Shown here: positions 37,658 to 46,112 of the stretch, one piece after another | Layout: every line of letters begins with the position of its first letter | Numbering within the stretch: the stretch's first letter is position 1 | Translations under genes and position numbers: made by a program | The notes under the pieces: generated by a model | What the model saw: only the letters and a program-made list of their open reading frames with translations | The model's database searches: none | What the model was told of the DNA's origin: nothing | Source of the DNA: a virus | Taxonomy: Duplodnaviria; Caudoviricetes | IMG/VR virus record: IMGVR_UViG_3300029288_000056 | Span: 1 to 64,000 of that record | Length of the DNA stretch: 64,000 bases | Reading direction: 5' to 3' (one strand)

Positions 37658-38110
37658 CTAGTAAATAATAGGCGCAAGAAAGACTTTATAGGTGGTGCCG
37701 TTGTCTTCAGTACCGTCAACCTTGTAGCCCAAGAAATGATTCGCAGCCTGATCTATAATGTTTACCGCACCAGAATCGAATGCGCCTCTAACGGCCACGC
37801 GCACTTTACCACCATATAGTCCGTCCTTAGTACCAATATCGATGATGTCTATTCCCTTACCACGTAGATCTTCTTCTAGCTCATAAAGCTTATCCTCTTC
37901 AAGGCTCGCATCTAACTCACCTTTGTCTGCTAGTATTGGCGGATAAGGAGCGCTATTCATAAACTCGTCTAACGCATCATAGATTTCAAGCAATATAGAT
38001 TCAGGATTTCCGTTAACCGCGACACGCTTCTTGATGAAGTTTAACACCTCGGCCGCACTATTTAAAGACGCGTCCACATTCTCATTTAGGAAGTTAGTTA
38101 GATTACTCAT
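37658..38110 (-). CDS. putative internal virion protein (class II leader)
   Basis: MSNLTNFLNE; internal ELDAS. Confidence 0.6.
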   Translation of the reverse strand: MSNLTNFLNENVDASLNSAAEVLNFIKKRVAVNGNPESILLEIYDALDEFMNSAPYPPILADKGELDASLEEDKLYELEEDLRGKGIDIIDIGTKDGLYGGKVRVAVRGAFDSGAVNIIDQAANHFLGYKVDGTEDNGTTYKVFLAPIIY

Positions 38111-38472
38111 TATTGTCCATCCGCAAGTAAAATTTCTGGGCTATTAATATATTCCCCTAGTACACTTCTAAGACCTTCTTCGCTCACAAGCCTTTTAAAG
38201 GTCGCGTGTTTAACTGCTTCTATGAGTGCAAATTGATCGTCTCTATCAAGAACAGTTTTATCTGAGAAAACCAAGATCTCATCGATATATTCAGGAAGGT
38301 ACTCAATGACGTCACCGATCAATCCGTTGATAAAGTCGTTAACGATCTTTTCCCCTGCCATAGTAGAACCTTCAATGTCACTAGGGTCTTCTTCGGTGGT
38401 GTACTTCTTATACAACCCTTCTAGCACGCCTTCGGCGGCATCAAAGCGACCTGCGTTCTTAAAATATTTCAT
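38110..38472 (-). CDS. putative internal virion protein (MKYFKN leader)
   Basis: MKYFKNAGRFDAA. Confidence 0.65.
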   Translation of the reverse strand: MKYFKNAGRFDAAEGVLEGLYKKYTTEEDPSDIEGSTMAGEKIVNDFINGLIGDVIEYLPEYIDEILVFSDKTVLDRDDQFALIEAVKHATFKRLVSEEGLRSVLGEYINSPEILLADGQ

Positions 38473-38828
38473 TCTCTACTCCTTGTTTGACTGTAAAAGT
38501 AAAATCCAAACATTCCTTCTTGTTTAAAAGTAGCCAGATCGTGAATCAGGTCTGTTGCCTTCCCCACCAAGTCGGCTCTGCCTTCTAAAGAAAGGCTTCC
38601 TGCATATCCCAGTCTTCGCCCCGGAAGACTCGGCGAATACGATCCTAACGGATCGCACGATGTCACGATGTTGACGTTACCCTTCCACGCAAAGTAGTAT
38701 CTACTGCGGTTGCTAAAGCGGCTTACCACAAGTTCCGGTTCCGGTTTTGCACCGATAAGACCGAGAAACTCCTTAAATTTGTCACCAAAATCAACGTCTT
38801 CTAAAACCCACTGCCTATATCCGTTCAT
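38469..38828 (-). CDS. hypothetical protein
   Basis: translationally coupled on both sides. Confidence 0.55.
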   Translation of the reverse strand: MNGYRQWVLEDVDFGDKFKEFLGLIGAKPEPELVVSRFSNRSRYYFAWKGNVNIVTSCDPLGSYSPSLPGRRLGYAGSLSLEGRADLVGKATDLIHDLATFKQEGMFGFYFYSQTRSRE

Positions 38829-39016
38829 CCTAGCTTCAGTTCCATGAACTTCTGGTGAGTCTCAATGTTTTCGTCACTCACGAAGTCTGGGTATTCAACA
38901 TACATATAAGGGAACTCTGGCACTTTCAGAATGGCTGCGCGATCCTCTTCTGAGAGGACCACCCCAATGGGCTGTTCGCTTGAGTCTATGATTTTGTTGC
39001 CGAGTATAATCTTCAC
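38825..39016 (-). CDS. hypothetical protein
   Basis: translationally coupled on both sides. Confidence 0.55.
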   Translation of the reverse strand: MKIILGNKIIDSSEQPIGVVLSEEDRAAILKVPEFPYMYVEYPDFVSDENIETHQKFMELKLG

Positions 39017-39765
39017 TAAAACCTCAATCCTATTCCGATTTTAAACTCGAAATCAGCAGGCTTGTTTTGTGTAGCAGGTGTAAACTCTATCCCAGCGCCC
39101 GATTGTAGCCAACTGAACAACTCCTTACCTATGATTCCGGTATGGTTGTTATTTGTGCCGTAATAGTACTCTGCAAACCACTTGGCAACATAAGGCTTTG
39201 GCTTCTCTGGAATCTTAACCGCTTCTTCAACTGAGATGATAAGGTCTGGTATATATGGTTGACCATTCTCGTCGTACACCTTTTGATAGTTTCCGTCTTT
39301 ATCCGCAATAGCTACTTTAGGATCGGCAGAAGCGATTAAAAGCTTCCCGTCTTTGCCAAACGACCAAAAGATCTTTGCGGACTCGCTAGCCTTAAACCAG
39401 AATTCACCAGTACCGTCAGGATGAAGAATTAAAGTAACACCACCCCTGCGTTCACTGTTGAAGTACTTGTCGTCTCCCACTATAACCGGAGGCTTAGGGG
39501 GTTCGTGAACCTCAATGTACTTAATCTTTGTAACGATAACTTCTTTGACAGAGTCTTTTGCCAATTGAAGTTCCTTTTCTAATTCGGCAATTCGTTTAGC
39601 GTTTTGTTCTAATGTGATCTGATATCCCACTATAACACCGTTATCGTACGGTTCTTGGTGCATCGGCGGGAACAAAACATCATGAAGCCAAAAGACACTC
39701 AACGCCGCAATACCAAGAATGAGAACTCCTGTGTAAATCAAAACACCCTTAAGTGATACTTTCAT
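39016..39765 (-). CDS. membrane-anchored coiled-coil protein (spanin-like candidate)
   Basis: N-terminal TM helix, coiled coil, amphipathic C-terminal strands ending FEFKIGIGLRF. Confidence 0.5.
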   Translation of the reverse strand: MKVSLKGVLIYTGVLILGIAALSVFWLHDVLFPPMHQEPYDNGVIVGYQITLEQNAKRIAELEKELQLAKDSVKEVIVTKIKYIEVHEPPKPPVIVGDDKYFNSERRGGVTLILHPDGTGEFWFKASESAKIFWSFGKDGKLLIASADPKVAIADKDGNYQKVYDENGQPYIPDLIISVEEAVKIPEKPKPYVAKWFAEYYYGTNNNHTGIIGKELFSWLQSGAGIEFTPATQNKPADFEFKIGIGLRF

Positions 39766-40202
39766 CTAATATCCCCTTCTCCTCTTGCATTTAAATCGTC
39801 AATGTATTCTTGCAATTTACCAATAAGCGCCGCCAATATTGAGGCTTCAAACCTTTTATATTTAGTATCTTCACCAGAAGCTTGTTGTAATTCATGGATT
39901 AATGGGTTTAACTTTGATATTAGTGCTCTTAAGGCGAGGGATTTTTGTGGATTAGTTAAATCCTTATTACTAACATCCATCAATCTTGTTATATAGTCAT
40001 CTACACTAATTGCTGCGTTTAAATTTAAATTCTTAAAATATTTCATTTTACTTGCTTTAATATCACTACCCGCCTCTTGCTCGCACTCATCCATTATTTT
40101 AAGAAACATCATTGCCCATTCCCTGATTTGTGCCGCCTTGGCCCCGGTATATGATTTAGCTAATGTTTCTGTTTTACTTTTCAATAAATCCCATTTGTTC
40201 AT
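39762..40202 (-). CDS. putative internal protein with class III leader and internal MKYFKN
   Basis: MNKWDLLKS...IKASKMKYFKNLNLNAA. Confidence 0.65.
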   Translation of the reverse strand: MNKWDLLKSKTETLAKSYTGAKAAQIREWAMMFLKIMDECEQEAGSDIKASKMKYFKNLNLNAAISVDDYITRLMDVSNKDLTNPQKSLALRALISKLNPLIHELQQASGEDTKYKRFEASILAALIGKLQEYIDDLNARGEGDIR

Positions 40203-40211
40203 ATTATCTCC

Positions 40212-40865
40212 TTATACTGATTTTAGTAAATGTTCTGCGACCCTTTTAAAGGCCTCGTCCAAAGACTGCTTGAACTGATCTCGTTCTATCTCACTGATCG
40301 TTTTGTAGTCGTCCTCCGAATAGCCTGCGTCCTGAATCGCATCTAAAAAGATCTCTTCAGGATCGGCACCGAACTCAACCTTAAAGGCTTGTGCGCCGTA
40401 CGTCTTTACCGTACTCAAAAACCTAGCCCGCATTGAGTCGTCGTTGTAGTAGAACTGATCTCCGTCCAGCTCACTGATTAAGTATTGCTCTGCCCAAGCA
40501 TCGTAGTTAAATGTGCTGTCGTCAACCTCGTATTTGATCTCTGCTTTATCATCTAACATACTGCGCGCCACCAGTCTTAAAGCCTCTGAGACCTCGTGGC
40601 TTAATTCTGCAAAGCGGTCGTCGCCGTTGAGAATCTCAATGTAGTCGGTAGCAAAGATGTCGTTAGTTATCGTCGCTAAGGCGCCATGAGTCATAGACTC
40701 TATGGTGGCGTTTTCTGACGTTTCGCAAACGTACCTCAGTCCGCTTTGTGCTATTCCGATTAGGTCAGCAGAGTCGTAGCCCTCTTTCGGGTTGCATACC
40801 TCTATCGCCCATGGAATGAAGGCGAAGCGGTTTTGCGTCATATTTTCAGTGCTAAATTCCCACAT
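40212..40865 (-). CDS. hypothetical acidic protein
   Basis: coupled within the array. Confidence 0.6.
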   Translation of the reverse strand: MWEFSTENMTQNRFAFIPWAIEVCNPKEGYDSADLIGIAQSGLRYVCETSENATIESMTHGALATITNDIFATDYIEILNGDDRFAELSHEVSEALRLVARSMLDDKAEIKYEVDDSTFNYDAWAEQYLISELDGDQFYYNDDSMRARFLSTVKTYGAQAFKVEFGADPEEIFLDAIQDAGYSEDDYKTISEIERDQFKQSLDEAFKRVAEHLLKSV

Positions 40866-41081
40866 TTAACGTTTACTCGTCTCGTTAAGACGTTCTACAT
40901 CTTGTTGTAAGAGACTAATTAAGTCATTAATCTCTTTTACGAGATCAGGTATCTGATCTTTCAAATCAGACCCCATAACCGTATTTATTAATTTGCTTGG
41001 GTGAAATTCTTCGAAAGCGTTACTCAGCACGTTTAGCAAATAGCCACTCTGCGACGCGTTTAAGTTCTTAAAGTATTTCAT
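40866..41081 (-). CDS. putative internal virion protein (MKYFKN leader)
   Basis: MKYFKNLNAS. Confidence 0.65.
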   Translation of the reverse strand: MKYFKNLNASQSGYLLNVLSNAFEEFHPSKLINTVMGSDLKDQIPDLVKEINDLISLLQQDVERLNETSKR

Positions 41082-41851
41082 AAATCGCTCTCTTTCATAT
41101 TTTCTATTGCCGTAAAAGCCTCAACGGCCCATACATCAAGTTGTTGCCGCGTTATGCCGTACACGCTACAAAAAGCGTTAATGACACTAGCAATATCTGA
41201 TTCGGCGTCAACGGTACTCATATCATTCTCAACAAATTTATCAACCGCGATAAGCTCTGACTTTCTAGAATCAAATAGCTCGGATAAAAAATTATCAATT
41301 TCGTTCGAATCTGGGAACACACCATATATAGATTCATACAGATTATCAAATTTTAAATCGGATGCCGGGGCGCCGTTTTCTAACCATTCTTCCTTGTTCC
41401 ACGGTTTTAGCCCGGAATCTCTAAGCCCCTCTTTTAACATCTCATACATTCGTATAGCAACGTCGGATGAGAATGCTTGTGATGCGTTTAGGGAATGTCT
41501 CGAAGCCTTTAAGTCCGTCTGACTGTCCAACAGGCTTACTGCCGCGTCAAAAGCGTCCATAATTCCTTTAGCGTCTGAACCCGCACCCTTAGTCTCGGCT
41601 ACCAGATCATTGGTCTTAAGGTCGTATACTTCCATCTTGATTCCCATTTTTGTGAAAAGAACCGTAACAGAGAACATTCTGTCGTTGTAGGTTAAACCGA
41701 AACTGAATTCGGGAGGATTGTTCGCGGTTAAACGTCCGTCCTCTATGTCCAGACCCTCATACGGAAGGCCGAGTATGTCCAGATACTCCTTGAACATCTT
41801 AACTGCGTTTTCTTTTTCTGCTTCTAGGGGTATATTTTTAAAGTATTTCAT
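41078..41851 (-). CDS. putative internal polyprotein (MKYFKN leader)
   Basis: MKYFKNIPLEAE; linker LKASRHSLNAS. Confidence 0.65.
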   Translation of the reverse strand: MKYFKNIPLEAEKENAVKMFKEYLDILGLPYEGLDIEDGRLTANNPPEFSFGLTYNDRMFSVTVLFTKMGIKMEVYDLKTNDLVAETKGAGSDAKGIMDAFDAAVSLLDSQTDLKASRHSLNASQAFSSDVAIRMYEMLKEGLRDSGLKPWNKEEWLENGAPASDLKFDNLYESIYGVFPDSNEIDNFLSELFDSRKSELIAVDKFVENDMSTVDAESDIASVINAFCSVYGITRQQLDVWAVEAFTAIENMKESDL

Positions 41852-42726
41852 GCCACTCTCCTGTATAAAACGTCTTCTGTTATTAAGTCTTCTAAAGTGC
41901 TCAAGAACTGCGCCATGTCGTTATCGTCGAAATTTCCCAATAAACGAATGACGGCGTCTCTATAATTCATTTTAAAGGTTGGGTCGTTCAGGTTAACTTT
42001 GTAACTGTCGATAAAGTCTTCTTCCATTCCCTTGTAACCGGTTAACTGATTGTTAACGTCTTGTATCAGACTGGTGTACAGACCGTTACCGATCTCGTTC
42101 GTCTCAAGGGCCAACAGAAATTCGTCGGCGAAGTTAATATCAGGGATTCGCTCGGAGACTATACTTGCGTAAGTTTCTTGAATCATGTTCTTAATCTCAC
42201 CAAGTATGTCGGCCGTTAGTGTAGGCGCGGTTATTTCAAAGCCCACACCCTCCTTAACTGCGATGTCGTAACTCTCGTCAGTCAGTAACTCGATCTCGCT
42301 AGCCGCTGATCGGGAAAGATCTCTCAACTCATTATCCAGTAAGACTACCAGTTTCCCGTTTCTCAACTGATACGAGTTCCCAAGATCCACAACGATATTA
42401 GCGCTACGCGCCGCTGTTAGTTGATCTCCGAATAAGTACTGCTTTACGGCACGCACTAACTCAAGGCACTGATTGTAGTAGGCCGAAAATCGCTGACTCT
42501 GTTTCAGTGACGTCCCGAACTTGCCATCTGGGTCAAGAACGAGCGGCATCGTATTGTAGTAAATGTCGTTAGCGAAGTGAACTTCGTCGGAGTCCGCCTC
42601 TATAGTCCGCTTCTCTAACTCGAGTGTCTTGTCAATAAACTTTTCTAAGTCTAGATACGGAGACACGATCTTAGCCAGTTCGATGCGGAACCTTACTACG
42701 GCGTTATTTAGAACTTGGTCGTCCAT
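41848..42726 (-). CDS. acidic two-domain protein
   Basis: start reassigned to ATG at 42726 (GAGGTG SD); internal QLTAARS. Confidence 0.55.
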   Translation of the reverse strand: MDDQVLNNAVVRFRIELAKIVSPYLDLEKFIDKTLELEKRTIEADSDEVHFANDIYYNTMPLVLDPDGKFGTSLKQSQRFSAYYNQCLELVRAVKQYLFGDQLTAARSANIVVDLGNSYQLRNGKLVVLLDNELRDLSRSAASEIELLTDESYDIAVKEGVGFEITAPTLTADILGEIKNMIQETYASIVSERIPDINFADEFLLALETNEIGNGLYTSLIQDVNNQLTGYKGMEEDFIDSYKVNLNDPTFKMNYRDAVIRLLGNFDDNDMAQFLSTLEDLITEDVLYRRVA

Positions 42727-43003
42727 TTCCCACCTCATCCCAAAATATTTGAGCTTGATTAGAAATCTCAGCACAAAGTCTGTCAGATGTTATTTCGTCG
42801 GTCGAGTCGTAGAGATTAAGGTAGTCTGTGATCAACCCGTCGATGTTCTTTTTCCCACCGTACTTCGCTTCGGCAATCTCTTGAAGTAGCACGTGTGGCT
42901 TGTCAACTACGGTACCGATGAATGATAGCATCAGTTCAAACTCCTCTTCGGAGAATTCTTGCTTCCACAGGTCTAGTATGTCTTGGGCTATGGTTTTAAT
43001 CAT
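42704..43003 (-). CDS. hypothetical acidic protein
   Basis: coupled within the array. Confidence 0.55.
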   Translation of the reverse strand: MIKTIAQDILDLWKQEFSEEEFELMLSFIGTVVDKPHVLLQEIAEAKYGGKKNIDGLITDYLNLYDSTDEITSDRLCAEISNQAQIFWDEVGNGRPSSK

Positions 43004-43404
43004 TAATGTCCTTGTTGTGCGTGATACGCTTTTAGCGCGTCCTTCGCTTTTTCTTTAGAGTCATATACTGCTGGCCAAAGCTTACCAGTCTTGTGGGATT
43101 TAACTCTCCAATCCTCGCCTCGTTTAACGACCATGTGTTTCTTAGCGTCTAGGTCTCGGCGAGAAGCATTGGTGTTTTGCTTTTCATGCCTTAGGGCTAA
43201 CTCACTATGAATAATGGGTTCTAGCCTATCCATTTCATATTTACAATCATCGAATGCTCTGGCAAACGATTCTAGATCACCGTCCTCTAAAATATTAGGA
43301 GCTTGAATGTGAGAAAGAATATCTGTTAGCTTAATTAGCAAACTAAAGGTTTCATTAGTAATAGATGATGCATTCAATCTGGTATGATTACCAAAGTATC
43401 TCAT
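43003..43404 (-). CDS. putative internal polyprotein (MRYFGN leader)
   Basis: MRYFGNHTRLNAS; linker NASRRDLDA. Confidence 0.65.
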   Translation of the reverse strand: MRYFGNHTRLNASSITNETFSLLIKLTDILSHIQAPNILEDGDLESFARAFDDCKYEMDRLEPIIHSELALRHEKQNTNASRRDLDAKKHMVVKRGEDWRVKSHKTGKLWPAVYDSKEKAKDALKAYHAQQGH

Positions 43405-43413
43405 TTTACCCTC

Positions 43414-43701
43414 CTATATGCTGCTGTGGTACTCATCCGCCCCCACCTTTGTATTTGGAAGCCCAATATTAGGGACTTCTAATGCAAGATTTATTAAAGC
43501 CTCAATCCATCTTGCTGCTTCTGGGTTTGTGTCCTTGAAGTGGCTATAAAGTGTGTCAAGCTTTCCGTTCTCAGAAAGTCCTTGAACTCCCCAAATAATA
43601 GCCCTGAGCTGTTTCTCTGGAGTGTCATCTATACCTTCTCTATCAGTGAGATAATCCTCCATTGGATCTCCGGCGTTTAAAAATTGTGTTAATTTTCCCA
43701 T
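43414..43701 (-). CDS. putative internal virion protein (class II leader)
   Basis: MGKLTQFLNAG. Confidence 0.6.
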   Translation of the reverse strand: MGKLTQFLNAGDPMEDYLTDREGIDDTPEKQLRAIIWGVQGLSENGKLDTLYSHFKDTNPEAARWIEALINLALEVPNIGLPNTKVGADEYHSSI

Positions 43702-44138
43702 TATTCCTCCTGTAAAAACATATTGTATAATTCTTCTATTGCGCTAGCCATGATACCCATGTTATACTCATTGGTTTCGTCGCTGTTAAGTGCTATACCT
43801 ACCGAGGCGTTGAACAACTTGTCACCCGTGATGTAGATGTTAAAGTCGCCCTGCACGTCGTCGATAGCGCCCCAAAAGTCGTATTCCACCTGCACCTTAA
43901 GGCTACTTTGCTCACAAGCTTTAGTTAGGCTCGCCAGTCTATCCCTAAATCTCGAAGGTGGTATTTCGGGTACCACGAAACACGGCACTTCCCATAAATA
44001 CTGAAGTTCGTTTTCCTTAGCATCGGTTGTAGCTGTCTTGCCGTCTAAAAGATCACGGAACTTTCTATTTAAAATGATCTCGATCTCAGGATTCAAGTCC
44101 TGAAGACACGTAGTCTTTGTTTCATTATCCCACATCAT
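43701..44138 (-). CDS. hypothetical protein
   Basis: AGGAGG SD. Confidence 0.55.
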   Translation of the reverse strand: MMWDNETKTTCLQDLNPEIEIILNRKFRDLLDGKTATTDAKENELQYLWEVPCFVVPEIPPSRFRDRLASLTKACEQSSLKVQVEYDFWGAIDDVQGDFNIYITGDKLFNASVGIALNSDETNEYNMGIMASAIEELYNMFLQEE

Positions 44139-44721
44139 TTTCCTCCTTTTGTTCTTCTTTTATCCATCTTTTGTTATTTATGACAGCCCCAATTTGAGCT
44201 CGCGCAACGCTAAATATTTTAGCGAGAGTTCTTTGGCTAAAACATCCGGTGGAATACATTTTACGGATTAAATCTGCAACTTCTATTGTTAACTTAGCGC
44301 GGTAATGCTGTTCTCCATGAGACTTATTCCCTCTACCTTTATTATACATATCTCGCTGATTATCATTATTTGTGCCCAAAAACAGGTGTTCCGGATTCAC
44401 GCAGGACGGGTTATCACAATGATGACAAACAAACATTCCTTCTGGAATTTCTCCGTTAGCTATCATCCAAGAAACACGATGTGGTTTTTCTACCTTACCA
44501 TTATATCCAATCCTACCGTATCCTTTACCGTCTTTGTAACCAGTCCAAATCCAACAACTATCAGTTTTATGCACTTTTTCCCACAACCTTTCATCTATGG
44601 GTCTATACATACCATTATTATACCCTTTTCCGTTATGTCCACTGATGTATTTTGGTTCGGTGTATTTATGCCAAGATTTCCATCTAATACTCTCACCACA
44701 ACCACACATGCAAATACTCAT
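44125..44721 (-). CDS. HNH homing endonuclease
   Basis: CWIWTG, GYGRI, HRVSW and VCHHCDNPSCVNPEHLFLGT. Confidence 0.9.
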   Translation of the reverse strand: MSICMCGCGESIRWKSWHKYTEPKYISGHNGKGYNNGMYRPIDERLWEKVHKTDSCWIWTGYKDGKGYGRIGYNGKVEKPHRVSWMIANGEIPEGMFVCHHCDNPSCVNPEHLFLGTNNDNQRDMYNKGRGNKSHGEQHYRAKLTIEVADLIRKMYSTGCFSQRTLAKIFSVARAQIGAVINNKRWIKEEQKEENDVG

Positions 44722-44729
44722 TTTACCAC

Positions 44730-44981
44730 CTATCCAGCATCATTAGGTTTAGAATCGCAGTTAGGCATTATTTTGTTTTTCTCTATACCACTAAACTTAG
44801 AGGCACTTTTTCCGCCCACATATATACCAGCCACGAAAGTGATCCCCGTGATTGTTGTTTCTATATAATCCCCCACACCAAATAGAATAACCGACAGTAA
44901 CCCCAGTGAAAAGATAAAGAGGATACTGAAAGCGGCCACGATAAAGCGAGAGGATTTAAACATAGTATCACCAAGCTCCAA
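44730..44981 (-). CDS. two-TM membrane protein (holin candidate)
   Basis: SSRFIVA..., IYVGG.S..K pattern of small holins. Confidence 0.55.
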   Translation of the reverse strand: MELGDTMFKSSRFIVAAFSILFIFSLGLLSVILFGVGDYIETTITGITFVAGIYVGGKSASKFSGIEKNKIMPNCDSKPNDAG

Positions 44982-45321
44982 AGGGATCGTCTCTAATAGG
45001 ATCCACTATATCGGTTATAATGCACGTCCAAGTGCCTTTTGGATTTTCTTCAAAATCTGCTATTCTATAATCTGTTCCCTTTATTCCTTTTGTTATTCTT
45101 TTTATTATTTCGTTAGTAGAAGAATCTACTGAACATTGCACTGTTAATTTATAACCATTCTCGTCATTTTGCAAATTCACTGTAAAAACACTACCCAACG
45201 ATTCTTGGATCCTATTTTTAATATCATCAGAGGTAATATTATGTTTATGAAAACCAAAAAAAGCGTTAAGCTGATACTCAGCCTTATACTTTAATACTTT
45301 CTTTTTCTGATATGCGTTCAT
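44968..45321 (-). CDS. hypothetical protein with basic leader ending QLNA
   Basis: AGGAG SD. Confidence 0.55.
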   Translation of the reverse strand: MNAYQKKKVLKYKAEYQLNAFFGFHKHNITSDDIKNRIQESLGSVFTVNLQNDENGYKLTVQCSVDSSTNEIIKRITKGIKGTDYRIADFEENPKGTWTCIITDIVDPIRDDPFGAW

Positions 45322-45330
45322 ATTATCTCC

Positions 45331-45543
45331 TTAGAAGTGGGATGTTATCTTGAATAGTGGTTTATTAGATCCTGCCGGTCCCGCCCCTAACGTTCCTCTC
45401 CCTAACTCAAACAGTTTTTGGAGTTCAAAAATTAGGCCACTAAGATCGGTGATGCGAATATCACCAGAGATTTTTTTAAGGATCTCTTTTATTTGAATGT
45501 CGGTGTCTGGCTGTTCAAAGTACGCATTCTTTAAATACTTCAT
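45331..45543 (-). CDS. putative internal virion protein (MKYLKN leader)
   Basis: leader variant. Confidence 0.6.
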   Translation of the reverse strand: MKYLKNAYFEQPDTDIQIKEILKKISGDIRITDLSGLIFELQKLFELGRGTLGAGPAGSNKPLFKITSHF

Positions 45544-45869
45544 ACGTGAAATCCCTTCTCTGGTGAAAATTTATGTAGATTAAATGGTATAGGAACGATC
45601 TCTGAATCCTCCAACACCCATCCGCTCAGCGACTCGCCTTTTGAGACTAGGTAGTTGTCACTCACTTGCTCGTAAGGAACTGCCATCATCTTATCTACTG
45701 TGTACCAATCGGCATCCAAAATCTGTTCAACAGCGTCATAGAATTCTTGCTCCTCTTTGTCGAATTTAACACTCCCAATAGAGTCTAGGTATTGTTGCGC
45801 AAGGTCTACATCGTCGAGAGATGGAAGAAGGACTAAGTCTGAAATGTTCATTAAAAGTCTGAAGTCCAA
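45540..45869 (-). CDS. hypothetical acidic protein
   Basis: C-terminus LHKFSPEKGF resembles LKRFSVEDGF of 48150..48911. Confidence 0.55.
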   Translation of the reverse strand: MDFRLLMNISDLVLLPSLDDVDLAQQYLDSIGSVKFDKEEQEFYDAVEQILDADWYTVDKMMAVPYEQVSDNYLVSKGESLSGWVLEDSEIVPIPFNLHKFSPEKGFHV

Positions 45870-46105
45870 CTATCACTAATACTTATATCTTTAATCGTTA
45901 CGCCGGGAGTAAACGACTCCGATTTCACCGATTGGATAAGTCTCCTAAGTTGTTCTAATATCTTATTTATGTCCGCCACGCTTACGCGATTTTTCTCTCT
46001 TTTATAAGACGTATCATATTCTATGTCAATATATAGATCACAGAACACCGTTCCGTTTACTACATTTTCTTTCTCCGCTTCTAGTTTTTTACCAAAGTAT
46101 TTCAT
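45851..46105 (-). CDS. putative internal virion protein (MKYFGK leader)
   Basis: MKYFGKKLEAEKEN. Confidence 0.65.
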   Translation of the reverse strand: MKYFGKKLEAEKENVVNGTVFCDLYIDIEYDTSYKREKNRVSVADINKILEQLRRLIQSVKSESFTPGVTIKDISISDSWTSDF

Positions 46106-46112
46106 TTTTCTC

